A stretch of DNA of 64,000 nt, taken from assembly GCA_000004985.1 (NCBI GenBank), contig GG738854.1. One strand, 5' to 3'. Of the stretch, positions 44,773 to 56,752 are shown in pieces (the first letter of the stretch is position 1; every line of letters starts with the position of its first letter). A model generated the notes under the pieces. That model saw only the letters and a program-made list of their open reading frames with translations, ran no database searches and was not told the origin of the DNA. The position numbers were made by a program, and so were the translations under genes. The stretch is from Naegleria gruberi (Eukaryota).

Positions 44773-45189
44773 TTTATTTCATCATTCAATTCCTTTCAGA
44801 ATCAGAAGGTGCATCTATTGTTGGTTGAGTTGATGATCTGTCACTTGATTTAATGTTCAATGTTTTGTCGCTTTTTGGTTTGGATACAAGGTACGATCCA
44901 GCTCTTCCGATTAAATATTCTGTCTGTTTCAATAAAGATTGGCGAGAGAATTTCGTTTGTTGCTCTAGGCTTACTGACGGTTGTAATTCTCTTTCAGAAC
45001 CATATGAAAAATTCCTGTCATTCCTAAGTCTTTGTTTTTCACTGTTCTCTCTATTCGCAATTATTTCTTCATCCGAACAAGGTTGGCTTTTGTTCATTTT
45101 TTATTATTTAAAATTACAATTTGTTCTTGTCAATCTCGAAAATATAAATTTACAAAATTTGATTTCTCTTATTGTAATTCTAATGAATT

Positions 45190-46272
45190 TACACTGTTGT
45201 AATACCCATAAACTTTTGGAAGCCTTCATAGCACAATAATGTAATACCAAAGAGTGGTGAAATAATTAAAACTCTAGGTAAAGTTCCCTTCCAAAGTAAC
45301 TTGTTAGTATAGCAATATTTAGCAGCTTGAGCATATGTTAATCCTTCCATTCCAGTAGTACCAGAATATTGCTATTTGAAATAGTATTGAAAATTATTCG
45401 AAATGATTGAGAAAACCGTTTAAACTTACCAAACGTGTCTTAATGACATCCATAGGAGTTGCAAGAGCAGCAGCAAAGGTACCTGCAATAATTGAAGAAA
45501 GCAAAACCTTTGGCAATGGAAGATATTGTTCTTGAGTTTGAGCTCTGAAATAATTCTTAACACGAGCATATAATGAGAAGTACATCATTGAGAAAGGAAC
45601 ATCTCTTGCCAATGTAGCAAAGAGTCCCTTATACATTCCCTTAAGACCAACTCTCTTAATAAAATCAACAGTTGAGTGATCCTTTCCAGCCATTTGAGCA
45701 TTAATTTTCAATAATTCCATAGGAGTAGTTGCTACTACTTGGCACATTCCAGCACTTTAAAAGTCAATTAATTCTGATATATTATTAAATAATTACCTTG
45801 CACCACTATTCAATTCGTTCAATTTACAAAAATTCAATTTTTAAATATATTTACCTCAAAACTTCAATCCAAAGTGGCAATTGTTGAATTTGACCATTTG
45901 ATGTAGTTGTTCCAACAAATTTAGCAGTATAGAATGAACGGAAAAAGTCGTTAGCTAATTGATTATTTCGAATTTCATCTTGTCATCTTTGAACATACCT
46001 GATAATTTAATAGCTTTTTCTGGCATGATACCAACAAGATTTGGAGCTAACCCACGATAAAGTGCTCTAAATCCACCATTGCTTGGATGAATAGTTTCCT
46101 TGACAATATCAATCATGCCCTTTCCGGCAGCTCCTGATTGAATTTTAGTTTTTAATAAATCCAAAGGAAAGATTGTACAGGCAGCAATAGCACCCGATGT
46201 TGCACCAATTCCCAAATTCTTTAAAAAGATGTTGCCACTAGCACTGGTAGTTGTTGATGATGAAGATGACAT
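45190..46272 (-). CDS. mitochondrial carrier family (SLC25) protein; 5 exons including a 9-nt micro-exon
   Basis: Exon 1 is 45997-46272 (...GIGATSGAIAACTIFPLDLLKTKIQ...LYRGLAPNLVGIMPEKAIKLS). A 44-nt intron follows. Exon 2 reads ANDFFRSFYTAKFVGTTTSNGQIQQLPLWIEVL. The micro-exon TGGTGCAAG (45797-45805) is flanked by AG/GT. Exon 4 is 45394-45747 (...AGMCQVVATTPMELLKINAQ...). The last exon ends at 45190 (...LWKGTLPRVLIISPLFGITLLCYEGFQKFMGITTV). Three Px[DE]xx[KR]-type repeats. Confidence 0.8.
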
Positions 46273-46421
46273 TGTTATGAATTTTTTTGTGATTTTTAAA
46301 TTTTTGAATACAAATATACAACGGTCACATGATTTGGTGATGGGTTAAGGTGTAATTATGGAGAGAGCAATATCGCCGACACATTCTGATTGTGTATTGA
46401 GGGAGAACTTATTGAGTGTTT

Positions 46422-48855
46422 TTATAAGAGACCTAATTTAACATCACTTGAATGAACTGCCACAATTGTGAATTTTCTTTCATCACCTGCATTGTAAGTG
46501 GATGGTAGAATGTAGTAAGCAATATTGGCCTGAAGTGAAATTGTGAGAGCTGCAACTCGATTGAATCCCCAAGAATTGGTTTTTGCACATTGACATGCTG
46601 ATCTCATCTCACCCTTAAAAACATGGAACCCAACACCGGCCAGTTTTCCATCCTTTTCTTCCTGACATAATAAGATATCCACTTCACAATCCTTAGCTGC
46701 TGAAATCATGACTTTTGGATTTTTCCAAAATGTTTCCTTATTATTTGGACATCCACCTGCTGTTTCTTTTGTCCATTCACATTCTAAATACTTTCTCTTG
46801 AAAATAGAATCTGTGAGAGGAATCAAGTCGACAGTTACTGGTGGACCTGGAGGTTTTTGGATGAAGGCCTTGGTGGTAAACTTCATCTCTATACCAGTTT
46901 TGAATGTTGTTGGAATCAGGACATAATTCTTATTTGTTTCCAGATCGAATGCATCATCACTAATATTGTCCGCTCTGTTAATGAATTGAAGAGGTTTGGC
47001 TGCCTCCTTATTTTCATAAATTGGTTTTGTTGGGTTCTTGTCGTTAGCCTGTAATATGTACATTCCAGTAAACTCTGGTTGATCAGAAACTTGCTCCACT
47101 CCTACTCTGACTCGCAATTTTTTACTCTCGTTACTCTTCAAAGTCAGTAAGAATTGTGGGTTCTTTATCCACCTCCAAGAATTCATGCACCCACCAGCAG
47201 ATAAAAAGTCCCATTGACTTTCCTTAGCAACGTAATGATAATATTCCTCTTCACCAGGCAATAATTCAACATTGAATCCCTTACAGCTTGATCGAATAAA
47301 TGTTCTAATAACAAAAGATCCGACCTTATCCTTAAAGTACACTGATGGACAAATCAAATAGTTTCCAGCTGCTAATTGATTATATTTCATTGAATTTTCT
47401 CTACTATATTCAAATGTACTCTTAAACATAATACTAGCTGGTTTGACAAAGAAGCATCTATCCTTATTTTCATCAGATTTCATTACATGGAAACCGATAG
47501 GAAAGTCCTTGTCCTTAACATCTGACAAGTACTTTGATGAATGTAGTGTCAAACTTATTATTACATCTGAAGTTTCTTGAAGAGTGAAAGTGAATTGAGG
47601 TCCTCTCCTAGAAACTTTAGTATTAGCAGTGAACAATCCTTCACCATTCCAATTTCCTAACCTAGTTTGGCATTTCCATTCAACAACAGCTGGTGTATCT
47701 GGATTCACAGGGTAATTAATTAGTCTACAAACATCCAATGTAGTGAAATATTTACAAAAATCCTCAATGGTCATATGGAAAGTTCCGTCATCTGCAAAAG
47801 AAGGCTTTACAACCTCTGCAACTTTAGGAGAGTTTTTCCATTCCGCTGCATTATCAGCCCAAGCACCTTTCCATTCTCCATTGGCCCCTATTTTCATTAA
47901 GATCTAAAATAATTCAAACAACTTACAAGGATTTTTCAATCTAATTAATTTTACATCTGCAACTTCAAAACAGTCAATAACGGCATATGCATGTCCTGCC
48001 ATAAGGCCTGTACTTCCAATCCCAGTTTCTCCTGTTGTTGATGATGAACTAGCTCCAATAAGAGTAGCTTGCTGAGTTCTCTTGCTGACATAGTTCCACA
48101 CATCCAAAACAGTTTTCTTTTTCATATCCATTACTTCAGAGAAACCTCCTGTCATGTCAACAAGCGCATTTCTAGTAAATCCTCCTTCAAGACTTGCATA
48201 AGATCCCATAAATTTTGCATAGGCTTTTTCTAACAACGGAACCCAAAATTCATTTGGGTTGGTGCTTTTAGCAAATACCAAGTTCCCTTTCAGATCACAA
48301 GGTAATCTGTCATCAATTGATACATTTTTCCATTGACCATCCCTAAAGAATCTAAATGAATATTTTCCTCTTTCCTTAGTTTCTGGTTTTGAAACAATCA
48401 ACTGTTCAATTCTGTGTCTTGAATCTGCAAGAATACATAATGACCCAATAAACCAACTATTAAATTATTAAATTAGTACTTCAATAATAGGCAAAAAAGA
48501 GTACTTACCAATCACCTAGACCTCCTTGTTGTACATCAAGAACATTTACATCATCAACGAATAATTCTGGATTTACAGCACCATTCACCTGGTGAGGTCG
48601 GAGCCATTTCTTTATCCTAGCAGCACCTGGAGGTGGTTTTTGATTTGGTTTATAAACGCTTATTGTCTCAGCTGGAAATTCCAAATCCTCAAAAGGTTCT
48701 GTTGCTGTATCAATCTCTGTTTTAAATGTATCTAGTGGAGGAGCCTCGGGAATCTCATGATCTTTGGGCTATTATCATATGATAAAGTAACAATAACAAT
48801 AGAAATTATTTAATAAAAACTACTAAGCGAGTGGGCAACATACATTGAATGGCAT
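46422..48855 (-). CDS. calpain-family cysteine protease; at least 4 exons
   Basis: A 12-nt first exon (ATGCCATTCAAT, 48844-48855). An exon with the catalytic Cys motif (...VNVLDVQQGGLGDCW...). ORF 47904-48401 has the catalytic His region (GLMAGHAYAVIDCFEV). ORF 46422-47897 encodes a long C-terminal beta-rich region (C2-like/domain III-type). Confidence 0.8.
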
Positions 48856-49041
48856 TTTTTCTTAGTAGTACCTGCTCTCTCTGAACAAAGACACAACAGT
48901 AATGTCAGTTTGAATTTTGAAAGGTAATAATGCCAGCATTGAGGCAAATTATTAATTACAGTGGTCCACTCAAGAGAGACCGTTAAATATTAACGAAATA
49001 CAAGAAAACATACAATTAGAAGGGAAAGGGATTTTAATAAT

Positions 49042-50235
49042 TTAGAGAGTAACATGAGAGAAGGCAGTTTCCAAATCTTGAATTAAATCTTCAACATCTT
49101 CAATACCACAGCTCAATCTGATCAAAGTATCATCAATACCGAGCTTTTGTCTCAATTCGAGTGGAACTGAAGCGTGAGTCATAATGGCAGGATGGTTAAC
49201 CAAACTTTCAACACCACCCAAACTTTCAGCCAATTGGAATACCTTCAAGTTTTCAAGGAATTGTCTAGCTTGAGTAATATCACCCTTAATCCAGAAAGTG
49301 ATCATACCACCGAAACCAGTCATTTGTTTCATGGCAATATCATATTGTGGGTGTTCTTCCAAACCTGGATAAGTGAGCTTGGCAACCTTTGAGTGACCTT
49401 TCAAGTATTTAGCAACAGCAATACCAGCAGCTTGATGTTGACGCATACGAACGTGCAAAGTCTTCAAACCTCTCAAAGCCAAAAAGCTGTCGAATGGTGA
49501 TGGAATAGCACCCATAGCATTTTGCAAATATTTAATCTTCTTGTAGATTTCTTCGTTGGCAGTAGCACAAACACCCATAACAACATCACTGTGACCGTTC
49601 AAATATTTAGTGACAGAGTGCATGACAATATCAGCACCATGATCTAATGGTCTTTGGAAATATGGTGACATGAAAGTGTTATCGACAATGAGAATAGCTT
49701 GTGGACAATATTCCTTTCTCCAATTATGAACTCTAGCAATATCAGTAATACGCAAAGTTGGATTAGTTGGAGTTTCCAACCAGATGAGTTTGGTCTTTTC
49801 TCTAACAGCTTGCTTGAATTCATCTTCCTTGTTCAAATCAATGAAAGAGAATTCGAGTCCAAACTTGCCAGCAACTTGTCTGAAATAACGTCCAGTACCA
49901 CCATAAACATCATCAACAGAAATAACGTGATCACCTTCACTCAACATGTGCAACAAAGTGGTAGTACATCCGAGACCTGAACCAAAAGCACAAGCATATT
50001 TGCCATTTTCCAAAGCAGCAACACAACCTTCGAAAGCATCACGAGTTGGATTGGCGGTTCTGGCATATTCATAATGACCAGGATAGTGAACACCTGGAGA
50101 AACTTGAGCAAAAGTAGAACTCAAGGAAATTGGTGTAATGACAGCACCAGAGTGTTTATCTGGTTCTTGTCCAGCATGAATAGCATCAGTTCCAAAATGA
50201 GCGAATGGGGCAATGTTAGTGATTTGTTGAGACAT
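49042..50235 (-). CDS. cystathionine gamma-lyase (Cys/Met-metabolism PLP-dependent gamma-family enzyme)
   Basis: 397 aa, single exon. Alignable over its full length with cystathionine gamma-lyases: FGTDAIHAGQEP, ISLSSTFAQ, YARTANPTRDAFEGCVAALENGKYACAFGSGLGCTT, DDVYGGTGRYFRQVA, ETPTNPTLRITDI, VDNTFMSPYFQRPLDHGADIVMHSVTKYLNGHSDVVMG (PLP-Lys), LAESLGGVESLVNHPAIMTHASVP. Confidence 0.9.
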   Translation of the reverse strand: MSQQITNIAPFAHFGTDAIHAGQEPDKHSGAVITPISLSSTFAQVSPGVHYPGHYEYARTANPTRDAFEGCVAALENGKYACAFGSGLGCTTTLLHMLSEGDHVISVDDVYGGTGRYFRQVAGKFGLEFSFIDLNKEDEFKQAVREKTKLIWLETPTNPTLRITDIARVHNWRKEYCPQAILIVDNTFMSPYFQRPLDHGADIVMHSVTKYLNGHSDVVMGVCATANEEIYKKIKYLQNAMGAIPSPFDSFLALRGLKTLHVRMRQHQAAGIAVAKYLKGHSKVAKLTYPGLEEHPQYDIAMKQMTGFGGMITFWIKGDITQARQFLENLKVFQLAESLGGVESLVNHPAIMTHASVPLELRQKLGIDDTLIRLSCGIEDVEDLIQDLETAFSHVTL

Positions 50236-50509
50236 TTTTTGTTATTGTTGTTTGTCTCCGGAATCCTTCACGAAATTTGTTGCGTTTTTCTAGCACACGC
50301 AACAACACAAGTCGTCATATTTTGCTATTTTTTTCTTGTGATGAATAAAAATTCAATGGAATATTGTTGAGAGATTGGAATTAACTTTACAAAGAAGAAT
50401 TGGTGTTGGTTGAAAAGGCGAGTCAGAAAATCGAGGAGAATCTTATTGTACGCCCTTTTAGTGAACTTATTTGGAGAAGATTTTGGATAGATGTTTTATA
50501 CAATCAATT

Positions 50510-52366
50510 TTATTGTTCGATTGGTTGATCATCTACAGTTTCTTCTTGCTGCTGATTTGGTTCCAATATTACATTGTTTTCTGAGTGGGTCAGTTCTGAT
50601 GAATTTTCATTAGCTTTCCAAAAGTTTTTGGTGTAAGCCACCTTCATCTTGAAATGCCTAGTCTTGGTGGTAAACAATGATGATCTGTCAGAGTAAATGA
50701 TATCAAGTAAACTGTATTTGATTTCCTTACTCTTTTTAGCTTCTTCTTTCCATGTGTTTTCATTCCAACCCTTTCTTAAGTTAGTATTGAATAAGTGATT
50801 GGATGGATACTTTTCACATTTTAGATAATAGTATCCAATCAGTACATCCATGGAGGCATAGTCTATTCTTTTGAGACAATGTGAAAGTGTTGGATTCAAA
50901 TCATGTGGTTGCCATTTGTACTCGTAAAATTCAAGAATTCCCTTAAATTTGTAAAACATTTTTTGATTGCTGAATGTGTGGAATGTAACCAATTTGGAGA
51001 GACCTACTGAGTAAGGATCTCCTTCAATCCATCCTTGATCATTCATATAATCAGGAGTGTTGATGAATGTTCTGTCCAAATTTTCCATGTTATGTTCAGT
51101 CAGCCAATTATTAATTCGTTTCAAATCTCCATTCAGTGCAAATCCAAGTTTGGTAAATTTAGGATTAAATAAAAAGTCCACTAAATAGTCTGCAGGTATT
51201 TCATCGAAATCTACCAATATCATGAAACAAACAAAAGAGTTTGCTACTTGTATAACTCGTACTCCTGTTTCTTGTGGATCAAAGAAATTCCACTCTGTAT
51301 CAAAAATAAAAGGGAATTTACCATCATTAAGGAATATATTCCATAATTCTGGAGACATTTCATTCATGTGTTGAATGATAACAAGTCTATTTTTCAATTC
51401 CATAAGAGGTAAATTATCAATAAGTTCACCTTCTTTCAATTCTGTTTGATTTTTCAAAAAATTATAGGCATGGATATCCCACATTGATAAATTATCAGTC
51501 TTTTCCTTCCCAATCACTGAATAGTAGAAGTGATCTCTGAAATCATTAGTCACTATTTGTTTCACTAACTCATAAAATTTAGCTCTAGGCATTCCAATAT
51601 AATTATAGTGTGCAAACATGCCAATAGAAGTGCACGGTTTGTTTTGATATAAATTTACAATTCTGATATTCTTCCTCAAAATATCAAACATATACAATTT
51701 GAAAAAGTATGGTGCATATTGAGACTTATTTGGTTCATATAACAGGGATTGTTTTTTGGTTATATATAAATTTCCAACAATAGATGCTTCACAAAGTGCA
51801 CCTATGTTTTTCTCAATAAATTTAGTATTGAATAATTCCAGAGATTTTGGCAAATGTTGTCTCAAATTACTCTTTAACAATTTAATGTCTGCGCTTTCAA
51901 ATTCCTTATTGAACTCTTTCCCATGTATTCTCATATAATTATTTAAAAATACAATTAAATTAGTTTCATGATCTTCATTGAATGAAATTAGTAAATTATC
52001 TAATCCTTTTCTCTGTTCGGGAGACAATGTTTTAATATTCTTAAAATTTTGTTCCTTTTTCTGTTTCTTTTCCGAATTAGAGAAATTATCCTTCTTTTCC
52101 TGTTTCTTGATATGTTTTGTTTTTTGTACAATTGGTGTGATTTGTATATTTTCAATAATTGTTGATTGAACCACTTCGGAAGGTGTTTCCACTTGTTGCT
52201 TTATACCTTCAATATTGTTATTCTTTCCAAGAGGTAAATTATTCACACTCGGAGTGACAAGATCACTGTTATTTGTTGTTGTATTTTCAACCTTCTTATA
52301 CCAAATTTTGGCTTGGCTTGGTTTTTTGTTTTTATGGGATTGTTTGTTAGTTTCTTGTTTCTGCAT
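50510..52366 (-). CDS. 3'-5' exonuclease (DEDDy/RNase D-WRN-Mut7-type) domain protein with Lys-rich N-terminus
   Basis: 618 aa. Exo I-like FIFDTEWNFFDP...VRVIQVA, Exo II-like GFALNGDLKRINNW, Exo III-like YxxxD (DYASMDVLIGYYYL). Confidence 0.5.
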   Translation of the reverse strand: MQKQETNKQSHKNKKPSQAKIWYKKVENTTTNNSDLVTPSVNNLPLGKNNNIEGIKQQVETPSEVVQSTIIENIQITPIVQKTKHIKKQEKKDNFSNSEKKQKKEQNFKNIKTLSPEQRKGLDNLLISFNEDHETNLIVFLNNYMRIHGKEFNKEFESADIKLLKSNLRQHLPKSLELFNTKFIEKNIGALCEASIVGNLYITKKQSLLYEPNKSQYAPYFFKLYMFDILRKNIRIVNLYQNKPCTSIGMFAHYNYIGMPRAKFYELVKQIVTNDFRDHFYYSVIGKEKTDNLSMWDIHAYNFLKNQTELKEGELIDNLPLMELKNRLVIIQHMNEMSPELWNIFLNDGKFPFIFDTEWNFFDPQETGVRVIQVANSFVCFMILVDFDEIPADYLVDFLFNPKFTKLGFALNGDLKRINNWLTEHNMENLDRTFINTPDYMNDQGWIEGDPYSVGLSKLVTFHTFSNQKMFYKFKGILEFYEYKWQPHDLNPTLSHCLKRIDYASMDVLIGYYYLKCEKYPSNHLFNTNLRKGWNENTWKEEAKKSKEIKYSLLDIIYSDRSSLFTTKTRHFKMKVAYTKNFWKANENSSELTHSENNVILEPNQQQEETVDDQPIEQ

Positions 52367-52450
52367 TTTTTTTCAAGTTGGGAATTGAACAGAATATTAT
52401 CTTTGCACAATAAGAATAGAAAGGTTGAGAATTCACAATCTAACTTTAAT

Positions 52451-53584
52451 TTATTTATTGTGTGTGGTTGGGGCTTTAACTCTGCTTCCTCTTTTAAGAA
52501 ATGGTTTCTTTGGTTTTGTGGTTTGAGAAGGAGGTTCAGAATATTCTTCAACATTAAATTTGGTTTTTTTCACAGCATTGATAGAAATTCTATCAAAATC
52601 TGACTCTGATGTTGTGGCTCCAGACCAATATTTACTGTTGGAGTGTATCACTTTGACAAGTTCATTGTCACTGTTAAAAGATTGAGCCCCTAATATCTTT
52701 GTCTCATAACATCTCAATTGATCTCTGAAACCATTATTGGGGCAAACAAATGGTCTCTGACTAACTGTCCAAATCAAGGCCTCCTTCAATGAAGCAGAAA
52801 ATCTTGAGGAGATCAAGTAGGCCAACACTATGGATGGGCTTCTTGACCAACCAGCTCTGCAGTGGCATAATAGTTTACCGTTTTGGTCCTTTGCCGATTG
52901 AATGAATTCATTAGTAGACTCAAAGTACTGGGATATATCTGCCTTTTCAATATCCCAAATATCTATTGGTAAGTAATTAATGGAAAGTTCCTTTGCTGTT
53001 TCTTCTGAATAATGCTCATTTGTAGCATCAATTATGTGGGTAATACCTAGAGCTTGAAGTTGGGACATTTCAGAACCATTCTGAAAGTCTCCCAAGTAGA
53101 GAAAGTTTGGAATTATTTCTGAGGCATAGTATTGGGTTCTGAATCTCAATCTCTTGTTTGTTTCCTCAGAAAATAAAGCTGAATTGATGAGGTATTCACA
53201 ACCATTATATTGTGACCAAAACTTTGCAGAATCAACATAACTTAATTGAAGAGGCTCTTCTCTTGGGAGTATAATATTCAGACATTCTTCAATTTCATTC
53301 ATGATACCAAGATCTTCACAAGTAGATATAAGTACAACAGCTTTGATATTCTTTACGAATGGTTGACTGAGTCTTCCATTAAGAATACTCTGCAAACCTT
53401 CCATTACACATCCTTTTACAATATGGGATGATTTTTTCAAGTGAATCTCTTCAAATTTTGTATTTTCTCTCGAATCCAATATCAAGATTGGTTCCATGTT
53501 ATTCAACTTGTTGAACAAAATGTGAGGTTCAATTTCTCGCCATACAATGTGCGCCATTTTTTTACAGTTTTTAAAAAATTGCAT
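52451..53584 (-). CDS. dual-specificity protein phosphatase with N-terminal rhodanese-like domain (MAP-kinase-phosphatase-like)
   Basis: Catalytic signature LLCHCRAGWSRSPSIVLAYLI (HCxxGxxRS). N-terminal rhodanese-like fold (...ILILDSRENTKFEEIHLKKSSHI...). The true start is likely the internal MAHIVW. Confidence 0.75.
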   Translation of the reverse strand: MQFFKNCKKMAHIVWREIEPHILFNKLNNMEPILILDSRENTKFEEIHLKKSSHIVKGCVMEGLQSILNGRLSQPFVKNIKAVVLISTCEDLGIMNEIEECLNIILPREEPLQLSYVDSAKFWSQYNGCEYLINSALFSEETNKRLRFRTQYYASEIIPNFLYLGDFQNGSEMSQLQALGITHIIDATNEHYSEETAKELSINYLPIDIWDIEKADISQYFESTNEFIQSAKDQNGKLLCHCRAGWSRSPSIVLAYLISSRFSASLKEALIWTVSQRPFVCPNNGFRDQLRCYETKILGAQSFNSDNELVKVIHSNSKYWSGATTSESDFDRISINAVKKTKFNVEEYSEPPSQTTKPKKPFLKRGSRVKAPTTHNK

Positions 53585-54920
53585 TTGAAACGTGTTTTCT
53601 TTGTTGTGGGATTGTAATAAGGTTCCAATTCAACCACTAAATCAAAAAGGTGTATTAAAACTGATAATTATCTCAAGTTTAAGTGTTGTGATGAATATTC
53701 CTTAGGAGATTCAACAAAAACAGAATTTAAATGATTCTACTCATTGTCAATGAGCAAGAAGGAATGTCTCAATCAAATCAACAAGACAATTATGCTAAAA
53801 TGAAAGTGTGCTACTAAAAGATATGGAAAAAAGGTTTGCTATCGCAGTACACAAGGTCAATATTTCGATTGGAAAACTCTTAAGAAAACAACTTGAAACA
53901 TAAGAATTACTTTCATTGTAATAATATCCATCCACTACAGTAACTACAGCAACAATCAAATTAATTCTTCAACTTGGAAGCTGATTCGGCAATTCGGTTT
54001 TTCCAAACAATTTTCGAATTGATTACAATAAAAATTCAATAATCCCAAAAATAAGTTGTCCTACCCTTGCAGGTAATTTGTTTGGCCGTATCAGCAGCTT
54101 AATTTTCAATCTCAATTAAAGACAATATTTACCTCAAGAGTGTTAATGTTACTTTGTAAAATAGTTAATGTAATTGTAATATAATACAAGCATTATACAT
54201 TAAAATTCAATCAAAATATACAACAATAACTCTAATTTAGTTTTATGCGCGCACTTTCAATAGTTGTCCCATTATCCCGGCTTGGTAATTGAGTAATTAG
54301 ATGCAAATCTGTCAACATTTGTTCTTTTGGTACAAATAGCAAGTTATCTAGATCCTCATAGAATCTATCTTAACTCATTGTATATTTCATGATTGATCAA
54401 TATTGTGATTTGTAGAACTCAATGTTGTAAATATTATTACAATACTCTGAGTTTGTCAATTAATACAACCAACATCAAATGGACAAACCAAAAACATTGA
54501 TATTGTAACCAGCAATTCATATCATTACCCTAGTGACATCCAAATTTTCCAAAAAGTCACCGAGACTTCAACATGAAAACGTTCTTTGTTTCACAAATGA
54601 AGATATTCCGAAGGTAAACCTAGATTAAGAATGAAGAATAGCCATCCCATATCTGTAGGTTGGCTCAACAGCAACATTCTCTCGAATTTTTCATATTCTT
54701 CATTCTTGTTGTATATTTAATGAATTCAAGGCATACATTGATAAACAACAGACAGTGTGTATGTTAATGAACCCACCACCATAAAAAAAGCTACTATCTC
54801 TTTTAAAGTTGTGTGTGTTTTTTTGGTTTTTTTCTTTGAGGGTACGGAGCCCTTTCTTGTTATTAATAAAATCAAGTCAAAAAAAACAACACATCCTGCT
54901 AGCCCGCTTTCGTTTTCAGC

Positions 54921-55850
54921 ATGAACCAAACCTTCTACACGCCGATAAACGAACCCTATCACCAACACCACTACACTTATTTACCAACAAGTACAATTAA
55001 CGGACAAAAAAACAAGAAGGGGAACAACACTCCAACAACAAGTTCTCCCAACAATAACACCAACAATCAAGACAACAATACTCTTCCTTCCTTTGTAAAA
55101 ACCACCTCTGCATTGTTGGATTGTGATCGCCAACAACAACAACAAAATAACAACACTGCATCATCATACCTGTACAATAATCATGGAATCTATAATGAAG
55201 CACCTTCACCCTCTGTCCACCACCAACAACAACAAGATAATAACATTCTGCCACCTTTATCCTCTCTGTTACCACCTGCTGTAGATATCAATTCCACTAC
55301 TAAATATAGTTCTAATTACCCACACCCACTCAATAACATGAATATGTCTTTTGTTCCTCCAAACGTATCATCGCCATTTAACTCTTCAAGACCTCACGAC
55401 ATCTATCAACCAATATCTTCTCCTGTTAGTAATGCAAGTCGTTCTACTACCGAATCACTCTCACGAAGGAACTCTATATCTTCATCTGCCACAAGCTCTC
55501 TTGATACTCCAGAAAATCAAAAGAGGATCTTCCAGACCATGATATCCAGAGTAATGATCAAGGAAAATAAGAAAGTTGTAAAGATTAACCAACAACAACA
55601 GAGTTCCCTTTTGATGAAAGTATTGAAATTCAATCAACTTAAACTTGCCCAAATGATGGCCCAATCAAACAGGTCACATCATACCATTTCTGCTCAATTG
55701 CTAGATAACGGCGGAAAGTTAGATGTTTATGTTTTGGCTAGAAGGAAAAACATTGGTGTAAATAGTGTTTCCAATATGGAAAGAAGAGTTGACTGTTTCA
55801 AGTTGGACGATTATTCCTTCAACATTGTTGTTCTAGAACCAAACCACTAA
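54921..55850 (+). CDS. hypothetical Gln/Asn/Ser-rich protein
   Basis: 309-aa ORF with long N/Q/S/T low-complexity runs. No domain recognised. Confidence 0.3.
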   Translation: MNQTFYTPINEPYHQHHYTYLPTSTINGQKNKKGNNTPTTSSPNNNTNNQDNNTLPSFVKTTSALLDCDRQQQQQNNNTASSYLYNNHGIYNEAPSPSVHHQQQQDNNILPPLSSLLPPAVDINSTTKYSSNYPHPLNNMNMSFVPPNVSSPFNSSRPHDIYQPISSPVSNASRSTTESLSRRNSISSSATSSLDTPENQKRIFQTMISRVMIKENKKVVKINQQQQSSLLMKVLKFNQLKLAQMMAQSNRSHHTISAQLLDNGGKLDVYVLARRKNIGVNSVSNMERRVDCFKLDDYSFNIVVLEPNH

Positions 55851-55889
55851 AAAATTGTAAAATAACATTCCAAAAAAACAAATAAATAT

Positions 55890-56752
55890 TTATTCAATAT
55901 CCTTAAAATCCTTCAAATCCTTTTCTGTTTCATTTGAGTTTGAAATGGATGAGAATAAACCCTTCTTCTTTTCAGTGGTTGTGGTTGACTTGTTTTGGAA
56001 TGCTTTGAAATTTCTCATTTCTCTTATTACTGTTTCGAATGCTTCATCGATGTTGACTCTGGTCTTGGCAGAAGTGAAGAGAATTGGAACTTGAATATCA
56101 AGTTCTTGTTTCATAAAGGATGCAACATCCTTTTCACTTAATTCAAAGTTTAAATCACACTTGTTACCTAAAATAATACCTGGGAAAATGTTTCCATTAG
56201 AAAGTGGTTTGTTTTCGTCTAGTTTAGTTCTCTTAATTTGCTCTACAAATATTTTCAATTCTTCCAAAGTTCTGTAAGATGTCAAATCAAAAACAAGAAT
56301 AAATCCATAACAGCTCTTCATCCAAGTATCTCTTAAAGCAATATAATCATCTTGACCTATTATTATTTTTGTTTAATAATGGTCAATTAATTCCGAATTG
56401 ATGACATACCTGCAGTATCAACAATTTCTAATTCAACACCAACTCCATCAATCATTCTCTTACAATAATAGGCATCTATTCAAGTAAATTTACAACAATT
56501 ATTCACAAATTTAAAAAACCTACCTTCAATTGTTGGATCATAAGTTTCTTGCCTGTCAAATATATTTTGTGTAAATTGAATACTTTAAAATGGTCAATTA
56601 TTGATATTTTAATGATGATTAAAAACCTACGTAATGGCACTTTTACCGACAGCACCAGTTCCGACTATAATCATTGACAACAACAATAGAACCACACACC
56701 ATTGCATTAAAAACTACTTACCAACAGCCAATTTAAAACGATCAGGGTTCAT
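55890..56752 (-). CDS. Ras-family small GTPase (Ras/Rap-like) lacking C-terminal CaaX; 6 exons
   Basis: Spliced product: MNPDRFKLAVVGTGAVGKSAIT (G1), QETYDPTIED (switch I), AYYCKRMIDGVGVELEIVDTAGQDDY (G3), LVFDLTSY..., ILGNKCDL (G4), TSAKT (G5). Introns are about 45-60 nt with GTAAGT/GTAGGT/GTATGT donors. C-terminus ...FKDIE with no Cys. Confidence 0.8.

Noticed and set aside
44853-45239. ORF 44853-45239(+) and 44786-45097(-)
   Set aside because: The region 45190-45243 is the terminal exon of the minus-strand mitochondrial carrier gene. The overlapping plus-strand ORF is most likely spurious. 44786-45097(-) has no features beyond low-complexity S/R content.
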